Source: an uncultured Gemmatimonadales bacterium (GTDB lineage Bacteria > Gemmatimonadota > Gemmatimonadetes > Palauibacterales > Palauibacteraceae). Taken from it: a stretch of DNA of 64,000 bases. The notes under the pieces are model-generated. The model saw only the letters and a program-made list of their open reading frames with translations. It searched no databases and was not told the origin of the DNA. Every line of letters begins with the position of its first letter. Within the stretch, counting starts at the first letter, position 1. The DNA lies in the NCBI GenBank assembly GCA_963783385.1, contig CAWANJ010000001.1:64001-128000 (forward strand). The letters are read 5' to 3'. Both the position numbers and the translations under genes were made by a program. Positions 37,940 to 46,660 of this stretch are shown here, in pieces.

Positions 37940-38569
37940 TCACGGCAAGTGCAGCGCCACGCCCGCCTGCACGGGGAACGACCAGGCACGGTCACCGATG
38001 GGCGACGTCTGGCCCAGGGCCGCGAAGTCCTCGGGACTGGTGAACATGAGGTACGCCCGCCCCTGGACGAACACGTCCAGAAGCGGCATGGGGCTGTAGC
38101 CCGCCCGCACGAAGCCGCTCGTGGTCAGATACGTCTTGGAGGCGGAGCTCTGGTCGAACTTCCAGGTGGTCGCCCCGACCCCGACACCGGCCGACACCCG
38201 CCACGGGATGATGATCGGCCTGAGGAGCTCGAGCTCGAGCCCGGCGCCGTAGTGCCACAGCTTCAGGTCGTCGTAGGACGTGAGCGTGTTCGGAACCGTA
38301 GCGCCGAGCAGCGTCTCGAGATCGGCGTCGGCCCGCAGCCGGAGCCGACTGGCCACCCGGTAAGAGACGCCGACACCTGCGGAGAAGCCCGGGTCCTCGA
38401 CGTTGGCCAGGTCCCCCCCGGGAATTCCGATCCCGGCCCGCCCCTCGACCGAGAGATTGCGGGCCACCCCGATGGCGGTGCCGACCTGGGCCCGCCCGGC
38501 GAGGGGCAGGGCGAGCAGCAGAGCGGCCGCCCCGAGCGCGGCGTGGAGCGTCGAACCACGACGAGACAT
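37940..38569 (-). CDS. Outer-membrane beta-barrel protein, paralog of 37165-37803
   Basis: AGGAGG RBS, signal peptide (GRA-Q), shared LWHY and GATT motifs, C-terminal VALHLP. Confidence 0.8.
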   Translation of the reverse strand: MSRRGSTLHAALGAAALLLALPLAGRAQVGTAIGVARNLSVEGRAGIGIPGGDLANVEDPGFSAGVGVSYRVASRLRLRADADLETLLGATVPNTLTSYDDLKLWHYGAGLELELLRPIIIPWRVSAGVGVGATTWKFDQSSASKTYLTTSGFVRAGYSPMPLLDVFVQGRAYLMFTSPEDFAALGQTSPIGDRAWSFPVQAGVALHLP

Positions 38570-38769
38570 TTTGTCCTCCTGGTCAATTCATGCAGAGTCG
38601 CTGGGAGTCATCCGCAGCGGTGCGCACCGTGCGGCTGGGAGAGGAACGTTGGCCCTCGGCGGAGCGCGTCGGGCATGTGGCCCCACCGCTGCAAGATGCG
38701 GTCCCGTCATCCGGGGGCCGCGGCCCGTGTCCGCGGCCCGGGCCCGGCACGTCGGCGACGGGCCCGGGA

Positions 38770-39318
38770 TCAGCGCAGGATCAGGGCACGCGCGACGAAG
38801 GGGACCAGGAAGAGCAGGTTGTGCAGCTCCGCCACCACCGAGGCGCCCAGGTGCTCGTTCACGAGCTCGAGGTCCAGGTCGAGGGAACCGAGCGGGAGCC
38901 AGCGCGGGATCTCGGCCAGGAAGCGCCGGTACGGCTCCCCGTACAGCTCCGCCAGCACGCCCTCCTCGTACCGCACGACCACGGCGTACACGGCCAGGAA
39001 CCAGGCCGCCGTCGGCACGACGAGCCACAGCAGACCCGAGGTGGCCACCAGCCCCGCCCCGATCAGCGTGTTGCCCCAGTAGATCGGGTTCCGGATCCGG
39101 CGGTACGGACCCGAACGGGTCAGCGTGGTGTCGATCCGCAGCCGGTAGTGCAGGTGCTGCTGGGCCCACACCCGCAGGAACACGCCGCACGCGAACAGGC
39201 CGAGCCCCAGTGACCAGCACAGGTACGGGCGGTCCACCCTGCCTGCCGTCGCGAACAGCGCGAACAGCAGCGGCGGAGCCACGAGCCAGCCTCGGAAGCG
39301 GTAGAAGAAGCGTTTCAC
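38770..39318 (-). CDS. ICMT/PEMT family membrane methyltransferase
   Basis: LRVWA...L...GPY..IRNPIY.GN and the EE..L...YGE.Y..F...PRW motif. Confidence 0.85.
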   Translation of the reverse strand: MKRFFYRFRGWLVAPPLLFALFATAGRVDRPYLCWSLGLGLFACGVFLRVWAQQHLHYRLRIDTTLTRSGPYRRIRNPIYWGNTLIGAGLVATSGLLWLVVPTAAWFLAVYAVVVRYEEGVLAELYGEPYRRFLAEIPRWLPLGSLDLDLELVNEHLGASVVAELHNLLFLVPFVARALILR

Positions 39319-39381
39319 CTTGGGTGCTCGCCGGAGATCTCTCGACGGAAGGGCGAGTGGACGACTAAGTTGCGCGCCAAG

Positions 39382-40257
39382 ATGGTCACCCCGGAGCCCG
39401 AACGACAGAGCCGCTTCCTGGACCGGCTGAGGCAGCCCGAGCCGCTCGTGGCCGCCGAGCTGCGTCCGCCGCCCGCCGATCTCTCCTCCGCCGACGGCAT
39501 GGAGAGCTGGATCGACCTGCACCACGCCCTGCGTCGTCTGGGGCAACGGGACACAGCGGTCTTCCTCACCGACGACGCGATCGGCGAGCGCGAGGAGGAG
39601 AACCTCCGCCACCTGGTCACGAATCTCGCGGGGGACGTTCCGAAGCAGCGCCTGGTGCCCTTCCTGACCTGCAAGCACCCGCTGTCGTACTGCCTGCGCT
39701 ACGCGGACCGGGCGGCCTCCCAGGGGATCGAGGCCCTGGTCGTCCTCGGCGGGGACGCGACGGCCGGTCCTCCGCGCTGCCTGCCGCACGCCTTCCTCCT
39801 GCGCCAGGAGATCCGGCGTCGCGTGCCGGGGCTCACGCTGGGAGGATGGACGAATCCCCATCGGGATCCGGCCGAGCAGGTGCGATTCCTCCTGGACGAG
39901 ACGTTCACGGGGGAGTTCTACCTGAGCCAGGTGGTGTCCCACCACAGCGCGCGCCGCGTGGAGGCCTTCGTCCGGGAGTCGCGCAGACGCGGCCTCGAGC
40001 TTCCGGGCGTGTTCGGGGTGTTCTACTACCGGAGCGCCAACCCCTCCACCCTCTCCGCCCTGTCACGGTTCTTCCCGGTGCCGGCCGAGGAGGTAACGCG
40101 GGAGTTCGAGCGCGGCGACACGGCCGAGGAAATCTGCGCGCGGTCGATCCGCGCCCTGCGCGCAGCCGGAGCCCGGCACGTATACGTCAGCAACCTGGGC
40201 CATCGCAGGGCGCCCGAGCGCCTGGACGGGATCCTGGAGGCACTGGCAGCGGACTGA
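39382..40257 (+). CDS. Methylenetetrahydrofolate reductase (MetF)-like protein
   Basis: AELRPP, VFLTD, PFLTCK, LVVLGGD, NP and FYLSQ align with the MTHFR TIM-barrel motifs but are divergent. Confidence 0.7.
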   Translation: MVTPEPERQSRFLDRLRQPEPLVAAELRPPPADLSSADGMESWIDLHHALRRLGQRDTAVFLTDDAIGEREEENLRHLVTNLAGDVPKQRLVPFLTCKHPLSYCLRYADRAASQGIEALVVLGGDATAGPPRCLPHAFLLRQEIRRRVPGLTLGGWTNPHRDPAEQVRFLLDETFTGEFYLSQVVSHHSARRVEAFVRESRRRGLELPGVFGVFYYRSANPSTLSALSRFFPVPAEEVTREFERGDTAEEICARSIRALRAAGARHVYVSNLGHRRAPERLDGILEALAAD

Positions 40258-40304
40258 GGGGCCGTGTCCGGCCCCCTTCCCCTCTCCAGCGACCCTCGGC
40301 GCCG

Positions 40305-41009
40305 CTAGTCCCCGCCCGCGCCGTCCCCCGCCGAACCCACGATGCGGGCCGAGTCGATCGCGTCCAGCTTCGGGAAGGAGTCCTCCAGGTAGCGGTTGCC
40401 GTCGCGCTGGATGAGGCCCTGGTCGGGTCCCTGTCCGCGCGGGGCGCCCTCCCCGTATCCAGCGTACAGCGAGTCGACGGCCGTCATGCCCTCGACCACC
40501 TCTCCGAAGGGGGCGAAGCCCATGCCGTCCAGGCGGCTGTTGTCGGTGAGATTCACGAACACCTGGGTCGTCCGGGTGTCGGGCCCCGCGGCGGCGAACG
40601 CCAGCGTGCCACGGGTGTTGCTCTTGCGGACCGGGTCGTCGCGGATCGGCCGTCCGCGCCAGCCCGCCGAGGCCGCCGGGTCCCCCGAGATCCCGAACTG
40701 GGCCACGAAACCGGGCAGGACGCGGAAGAACCGGTTCCCATCGTAGTAGCCGGCCCGCACGAGCTCGTAGAAGCGGTCGGCGCCCCGCGGCGCCCAGGCC
40801 CGGTGGACCTCGACGGTGAAGTCGCCGGCGGTCGTCGCGAACCGCACCCGGAAGCTGTCCGGGGCCGCGGCGCGGTCGCTCGCCCCGGCGTCCGCCGAGC
40901 CCTCGCCGGCGGAGGCCTTTCCGCCAGCGCCCCGGCACCCCAGCAGCGTGAGGCCCACCAATCCGCCCAGGCTTCCGATCACCCGCCATCGTCGTGTAGC
41001 TCGCAGCAC
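40305..41009 (-). CDS. Cyclophilin-type PPIase lipoprotein
   Basis: GGAGG RBS plus GTG, lipobox LLGC, WAP.GA.RF, FFRV.PGFVAQFG, RTTQVFVN and FAPFG.V. Confidence 0.9.
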   Translation of the reverse strand: MLRATRRWRVIGSLGGLVGLTLLGCRGAGGKASAGEGSADAGASDRAAAPDSFRVRFATTAGDFTVEVHRAWAPRGADRFYELVRAGYYDGNRFFRVLPGFVAQFGISGDPAASAGWRGRPIRDDPVRKSNTRGTLAFAAAGPDTRTTQVFVNLTDNSRLDGMGFAPFGEVVEGMTAVDSLYAGYGEGAPRGQGPDQGLIQRDGNRYLEDSFPKLDAIDSARIVGSAGDGAGGD

Positions 41010-41207
41010 GCTCGTGCCTCCATTCGTGGATCTGCCCGTTCGCTCACCCGGCCGTCGCCGGGCCTCCAAGCTGGAGGAGGCGAGCCCCGCCGTCCAGGGT
41101 CGGCGTGCCGGGGGGAGACCAACGTCGGGCGCCGGTCCGCTGTACTTTCGAGAGAGGAGGACCGGCGACGCATACGGAACGGGCTCGCGCACAGGAGGCG
41201 CCACCAC

Positions 41208-41825
41208 GTGGAGCACGCCGGCGACGGCAGTCGGCCCCGGTCCGGGGACGCGCTCGACGACGGGCGACTGGTGGCGCGGGTCCAGGAGGGCGACGGAGAC
41301 GCGTTCGACACGCTCGTGCGTCGCCACATGCGCCGCGCGTTCTCGATCGCCTTCCGGCTGCTCGAGAACCGGGCCGACGCGGAAGACCTCGTCCAGGAGG
41401 CCTTCCTGGCCGCCCTGGAGGGCATCGACGGCTTCGAGCCGGGACGCCCCTTCGGCCCGTGGCTGTTCCGGATCGTGGTGAACCGCGGCCTCAACGCCCG
41501 GAAGGCCCGCTCCCTCCGCCGGACGGAGGCCCTGCCGGTCGACGTGCTATCGCGGGCGCCGCCGCCCGACCGCCACGCCGAGCGCGCCGAGCTGCACGAC
41601 GCGCTGGCGGCGGCCCTGGCGCGGCTGGACGGACAGCGCGGGGCCATCGTGCGGCTCCACGAGCTCGAGGGCTTCACGAGCCCCGAGATCGCGGAGATGC
41701 TCGAGCTGGCCGAGGGCACCGTGCGCTGGCACCTGCACCGGGCGCGCGCGGAGCTCCGGGAGGTGCTGGGAGCCTTCGGGCGGGACGCGGCCGGCGAGAC
41801 GAACATTGAGGAGAGGAAGCCATGA
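41208..41825 (+). CDS. ECF sigma-70 factor
   Basis: AGGAGG RBS; GD.DAF..LV, DAEDLVQEAF, F.PWLFRIVVN and EIAEML....GTVR..LHRAR. Confidence 0.92.
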   Translation: MEHAGDGSRPRSGDALDDGRLVARVQEGDGDAFDTLVRRHMRRAFSIAFRLLENRADAEDLVQEAFLAALEGIDGFEPGRPFGPWLFRIVVNRGLNARKARSLRRTEALPVDVLSRAPPPDRHAERAELHDALAAALARLDGQRGAIVRLHELEGFTSPEIAEMLELAEGTVRWHLHRARAELREVLGAFGRDAAGETNIEERKP

Positions 41826-42268
41826 CCGAGGAGAGGGGGACCGGGACGGGGAGCGGAGCCGGCCGCGACACCGGCGATGACGAGCTCCGTGGCCACCTCC
41901 GGCAGAGTGTTCCGTTGCCACCCCTGGACGAGGTGGCCTGGAACGACCTCGCGCGCACCATAGGATCGCGAGCCGAGCCCTTCCTGCGGGCCCGGCGCCG
42001 TCCGCCCTGGTGGCGGCACGCCTCGCGCTGGGCCCGCGCCGGCATCCCGCTCGCGGCGGCGGCGGTCCTCGCCCTGGCACTGCTCCTGCCCCGGGCGGCG
42101 CCGCGCGCCGTCCGCCCCACCGCGGCGCGACTCGGCTCCGCCGCGGCCTCGGCGCCCGCCGGCGCCGGAGTGGCCGCGGGCGACGCTTCCGTGGATCCAC
42201 TGCTGGCCTTTCTCTCCACCGCCGATGACGGAGAGACGCTGCTGATGTCGGCCCTCGAGGAGGAGTAG
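41822..42268 (+). CDS. Putative membrane anti-sigma factor
   Basis: ATGA overlap with the ECF gene and a single TM after a basic/Trp segment. No ZAS HxxxCxxC motif. Confidence 0.65.
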   Translation: MTEERGTGTGSGAGRDTGDDELRGHLRQSVPLPPLDEVAWNDLARTIGSRAEPFLRARRRPPWWRHASRWARAGIPLAAAAVLALALLLPRAAPRAVRPTAARLGSAAASAPAGAGVAAGDASVDPLLAFLSTADDGETLLMSALEEE

Positions 42269-42763
42269 ATGGAAGAGCGCGTCCCGGGCGGCGACCGTGC
42301 CGCCCCCGTGAGCGGCCGGGAGTCGCCGCGTCCGGACGGCCGCGGTCGACTGGTGGCCGGGCTGTTCCTGGCCCTCGCGGTCCTGGTGGGCCTCCTGGGA
42401 GGCATCGTCATCGACCGAGCGCTCCTGGCCCCGGACACGGCGGGTCCGGTTCCCTCAGGCGACACGGGGGTGGCGGCGGGGGCCCCGTCGGGCGGTCGGG
42501 TGCTGGCGTGGATGGCCGACAGCCTGGACCTGAGCCCCGAGCAGAGGGTGCGCATCGCGGCCGTGGTCCGCGACGAGCAGCGGCGGGCCCGCGAGCTCAC
42601 CGTGCGCGTCCGGCCCCGATACCAGCAGGTACTCCGGCGCACGCGGCTCCGGGTGCTCGCCATCCTGACCCCCGACCAGCGCATCCGGCTCCGGCACCTC
42701 CTGGCGGAGCGGCGGGCGGCTCGAGGCGACCGGGACTCCACGACCCGGCGTCGCCGGCCCTGA
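42269..42763 (+). CDS. Membrane-anchored periplasmic helical protein, Spy/CpxP-like
   Basis: N-terminal TM followed by two LSPEQ/LTPDQ-type motifs (LDLSPEQR, ILTPDQR). Confidence 0.7.
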   Translation: MEERVPGGDRAAPVSGRESPRPDGRGRLVAGLFLALAVLVGLLGGIVIDRALLAPDTAGPVPSGDTGVAAGAPSGGRVLAWMADSLDLSPEQRVRIAAVVRDEQRRARELTVRVRPRYQQVLRRTRLRVLAILTPDQRIRLRHLLAERRAARGDRDSTTRRRRP

Positions 42764-42844
42764 CCGAAACGTGCCCGGGCGGAGCGGGTATCCCTCGCCC
42801 ACTCGTTCACGACAGGGACGATCCCCGGGCACGGAGGCGGCCAG

Positions 42845-43609
42845 ATGCCGGATGAGGGCCAGCGCGAGTCTTCCGACGTTGTGACCGTCGAGAGCCAGCC
42901 GATCTTCGACATCGTCGAAGACACACTGCTCGACCTGTGGAAGGCAGTGGACGACCTGGCGAGGATCCACGCCCCGCGCCTTCCCTACTACCGCGTCACC
43001 ATCTTCGGCTCCTCCCGGATGCGGGAGGGCGATGCCCTTTACGGCAGTGTCCAGGAGCTGGCGCGCGAACTCTCCCTCATGGGCTGCGACATCGTCACCG
43101 GGGGCGGGCCGGGCCTCATGGAGGCGGCCAACCGGGGCGCCGAGGAGGGCGACGTCGACAACCGGACGCGCTCCTTCGGCCTCAACATCGAGGTCCCGCA
43201 CGAGCAGGAAATCAACCCCTACGTGGAGAAGGCCTACGTGCACCGCACCTTCTTCACGCGGCTGCACCACTTCGTGCGCCTGTCCAGCGCCTTCGTGGTC
43301 GTGCCCGGCGGCATCGGCACGACGCTGGAGGCGCTCATGGTGTGGCAGCTCATGCAGGTGCGCCACATCACCGACCGACCGTTCATCATGCTGGGGACGA
43401 TGTGGCGGGAGCTGGTGGCCTGGGGACGACGGTTCATGCTGGACGGCGGGACCCGGCCGCTGGCGGGCCCGGACGACCTGGACCTGCCGCGGTGCGTGGG
43501 GAGCGTCGACGATGCCGTGGCCATCATCCGCCGCGACCTGGCCCGCGTGCGCGGTGAGGTCGACGCCGACGTGGACGGCGAGGAGGGTTCGAGTTCCGCG
43601 GGAGGTTGA
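42845..43609 (+). CDS. LOG family nucleotide monophosphate phosphoribohydrolase
   Basis: VTIFGSSR, TGGGPGLMEAANRGA, FFTR and PGGIGTTLE. Confidence 0.92.
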   Translation: MPDEGQRESSDVVTVESQPIFDIVEDTLLDLWKAVDDLARIHAPRLPYYRVTIFGSSRMREGDALYGSVQELARELSLMGCDIVTGGGPGLMEAANRGAEEGDVDNRTRSFGLNIEVPHEQEINPYVEKAYVHRTFFTRLHHFVRLSSAFVVVPGGIGTTLEALMVWQLMQVRHITDRPFIMLGTMWRELVAWGRRFMLDGGTRPLAGPDDLDLPRCVGSVDDAVAIIRRDLARVRGEVDADVDGEEGSSSAGG

Positions 43610-43834
43610 AACCGCGCGCCCCCGGATTCGGTAGTAGGACACGAGGGCGATGAGGCGGAGGCAACCTTCTCTGCCCGGTGCACGTCCAACACTCGGATCG
43701 GGGCGGAGGAGTCCTCCCCGACATCCGATGGACGGCACACAGCATGGCGAGGTGGACTCGCCGGTGCGCGGCACCCTCCTGTGGCAAGGAACTCAACGCC
43801 ACTTCAACGTGGCCAAGTCCGCGCGCCGGTGGTC

Positions 43835-43872
43835 CCCTCACCCTCACCCTCACCCTCACCCTCTCTCTCCCC
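43835..43872. repeat. Hexamer tandem repeat (CCCTCA)4 plus CT run; G-quadruplex-type on the minus strand
   Basis: CCCTCACCCTCACCCTCACCCTCACCCTCTCTCTCCCC is seen directly. Confidence 0.8.
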
Positions 43873-44015
43873 AGCATCGCCCACCCTGTCGGCCGTTCCC
43901 CGCACCCCCTCCCTCCCTCGCCATCGCGGCGCCCGGTATCCATCCTGCGAGTATCGGGGCGGCTTCGACCGCGTGACCGAAGACGGAGACGGGTCTCGAG
44001 GACGGCGGAAAGGCA

Positions 44016-45329
44016 ATGAGCGACCAGGACGGTGAGGGCAGCAGGGGCATCGGCTTCTTCGAAGCCGCCTCCATCGGCGTAGGCGGGATGGTCGGCGGCG
44101 GGATCTTCGCCGTCCTCGGCCTCGCCGTGGAGCTGGCCGGCGGCGGGACCCCGGTGGCGTTCGTGGTGGCGGGCCTGGTGGCGCTGGTCACGGCCTACTC
44201 CTACAGCCGGCTGGCGGTCACCTTCCCGAGCTCGGGCGGCACGGTTACCTACCTGAACCAGGCCTTCGGGACGGGCGCCGTCACCGGCTCCCTCAACGTG
44301 CTCCTGTGGCTCAGCTATATCGTAATGTTGTCGCTGTACGCGTTCGCGTTCGGCAGCTACGGCGCCACCTTCTTTCCCGAGGCGTCCCGGGGCCTGTGGA
44401 CCCACGTCCTGCTCAGCGCCGCCGTGGTGGGCATCGCCGGCCTCAACCTGCTGAGCGCCGGGGTGGTGGGCGACATCGAGGACTGGATCGTCGGCATCAA
44501 GCTGTTGATCCTCCTGTTCTTCGTCGCCGTGGGCCTGGGCGGCGTGCAGGGTGCCCGCCTGGCGCCGGCCGCCTGGAAGCCGCCGCTCCAGCTCGCCGCG
44601 GGCGGCATGATCATCTTCCTCGCCTACGAGGGCTTCGAGCTCATCGCCAACACGGCCGAGGACGCGCGTGACGCCGAGCACACGGTGCCCAGGGCCCTGT
44701 TCGCCTCGGTGGGCTTCGTGATCGTCCTCTACGTGCTGGTGGCGCTGGTCACGGTGGGGAACCTGCCGGTCCACCAGATCGTGCAGGCCAAGGACTACGC
44801 CCTCGCCGCGGCCGCCCGGCCCTTCCTGGGCCAGTTCGGCTTCACCCTGATCGCGGTGGCCGCCATGCTGTCCACCGCGTCGGCCATCAACGCCACGTTG
44901 TACGGATCGGCCCGTCTCAGCTACATCGTGGCCAAGGACGGCGAGCTACCGAAGGCCCTGGAGAAGAAGGTGTGGCAGCGGCCGGTCGAGGGGCTCCTGA
45001 TCACGGCCGCGGCCACCCTGGTGGTTGCCAACCTCCTCGACCTCTCCAGCATCTCCACCGTGGGGAGCGCCGGCTTCCTGCTCGTGTTCGCGGCCGTGAA
45101 CGCGGCCAACCTCAGGCTGGCCGACAGGACCGGAGCGCGTCGCTGGATCGCGTGGACGGGGCTGGCGGGCTGCCTGGCGGCCCTGGCAGCGCTGCTGTGG
45201 GAGACCCTGACCACCTCCCCCGCCCACCTGTGGATCCTGGCCGGCCTCGTGGTGCTGTCGGTGGCGATCGAGACGGGCTACCGGGCCGCCAGCGGCCGGA
45301 CCATTCACATCCAGCCCGGCGGCAGCTGA
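44016..45329 (+). CDS. APC family amino acid permease
   Basis: GGMVGGGIF, SY..LA..FPSSGG and FLAYEGFE, about 12 TM segments. Confidence 0.92.
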   Translation: MSDQDGEGSRGIGFFEAASIGVGGMVGGGIFAVLGLAVELAGGGTPVAFVVAGLVALVTAYSYSRLAVTFPSSGGTVTYLNQAFGTGAVTGSLNVLLWLSYIVMLSLYAFAFGSYGATFFPEASRGLWTHVLLSAAVVGIAGLNLLSAGVVGDIEDWIVGIKLLILLFFVAVGLGGVQGARLAPAAWKPPLQLAAGGMIIFLAYEGFELIANTAEDARDAEHTVPRALFASVGFVIVLYVLVALVTVGNLPVHQIVQAKDYALAAAARPFLGQFGFTLIAVAAMLSTASAINATLYGSARLSYIVAKDGELPKALEKKVWQRPVEGLLITAAATLVVANLLDLSSISTVGSAGFLLVFAAVNAANLRLADRTGARRWIAWTGLAGCLAALAALLWETLTTSPAHLWILAGLVVLSVAIETGYRAASGRTIHIQPGGS

Positions 45330-45372
45330 GATCGCCCGCGGGGACCCGCTCGCCCCCGGTTCTCGAGGAGCG

Positions 45373-46494
45373 TCAGATGTAGCGGTCGACGGCCGGCAGC
45401 AGGGCACGCACCGATGCCGGAAGCGCGCCGGGAGCGCCGGGCGCCATCAGCTCGCGCACGCGGTAGGGAGCCGGCCCGGCCCCCGGAGCGCGCGGCGCCG
45501 CGATCCAGCGCATGCGGGGCATCGCCGGAGCGTTGGGAAGCGCGGGCGGCGCCAAGGTGCGCGCCCCGCCGTCCTGCACGCGGAACCAGCGCGCCGACCG
45601 CTCCCCGGGCGCCGGCCGCTCGGGCAGGTCGACGGTGACCGTCTGCCGCTTTCCCTTGCGAATCACGGTCACGGCGAGCGCTCCCTTGTCGGCGGAGTGG
45701 ACCGCCTCGACCACGGCGCCGGGATCCTCGACCGGCTTGCCCGCCACCGAGACAATGACGTCTCCGGCCTTCAGCCCCGCCTTCTGCGCCGCCGAGCCCT
45801 CGGTCACCTCGCTGATGAGCGCGCCGTGGCCGTCGCTCACCCCGAAGTAGTCGCCCAGCTGTTTGCCGAGGGGCTGCAGCATCACGCCCAGCCGGCCCTG
45901 GCCGCCGAAGGAGAACATGAAGCTCCGGCCGCCGCCCGGCGCGCTGAAGATCTCGCCGCGGAAGTTCCGTCGCATCTCCCGTCCGGCGCTGTCCATCCTG
46001 ACCCGCACGCTGTCCAGCGTCTCCCGCAAACGCTGCCGGGTGCTGTCATCGATGATCTTCCGCATCCGGATACGGATGTCGCGGTCGGGGCCACCGTACC
46101 AGCTCATCCCCGGCCGTTCGCCGATGCGCACCCGGGCCTCGTGGGACGAGCCGTTGCGCACGTACGCGAGCGTCACCTCTCGCCCGGGGGGCGTCTCGCC
46201 CACCATCCGGGTGAGGGCGGCGACGCTTTCCACCCGCTGTCCGTCGAAGGCGGTGATCACGTCGTCCTTCTGGAGGCTGGCGGCCTGGGCCGGCGAGCTG
46301 TCGGCCACCGATTCCACCCGGGCCCCGCGCACGGCGGGCAGGTGGAGACGGGCGGCCGACGCGCTGTCCACGTCCGCGACCTGGACGCCCAGGAAGCCGG
46401 CGTCCTGGGGGGCGGGGGCGGCGCGAACCGCCTTCGGGGCCAGGACGGCGGCCACGAGGGCGAGCGCGAGAGCGGTGTCCCTGGCGAGTCTCAT
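45373..46494 (-). CDS. Secreted tandem-PDZ protein without a protease domain
   Basis: Signal peptide, PDZ1 (GFLGV...SPA..A.LQKDDVI), helical linker, PDZ2 (GRLGV...SAA.KAGLKAGDVI) and a Pro-rich tail. Confidence 0.85.
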   Translation of the reverse strand: MRLARDTALALALVAAVLAPKAVRAAPAPQDAGFLGVQVADVDSASAARLHLPAVRGARVESVADSSPAQAASLQKDDVITAFDGQRVESVAALTRMVGETPPGREVTLAYVRNGSSHEARVRIGERPGMSWYGGPDRDIRIRMRKIIDDSTRQRLRETLDSVRVRMDSAGREMRRNFRGEIFSAPGGGRSFMFSFGGQGRLGVMLQPLGKQLGDYFGVSDGHGALISEVTEGSAAQKAGLKAGDVIVSVAGKPVEDPGAVVEAVHSADKGALAVTVIRKGKRQTVTVDLPERPAPGERSARWFRVQDGGARTLAPPALPNAPAMPRMRWIAAPRAPGAGPAPYRVRELMAPGAPGALPASVRALLPAVDRYI

Positions 46495-46660
46495 CGGCAT
46501 CCTCCGGGGTGAGCGCCCGCGCGACGCCGGACTGGGGGCGGTTCGCAGGCCGGGCTGTGCGCCCTGGTTCCGGACGTTCGACAGGTCCGGGGGGAGGAGG
46601 GTTGCCCGCGGATTTCGCGGGCCAAAGGAGCCGGGCGGCCCGGGCGTCGGCGACCCGTGG

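Noticed and set aside
43645-43700. GGCGATGAGGC matches the start of a fluoride riboswitch
   Set aside because: No closing CGCC stem and no downstream GATG-RCYYC pseudoknot partner.
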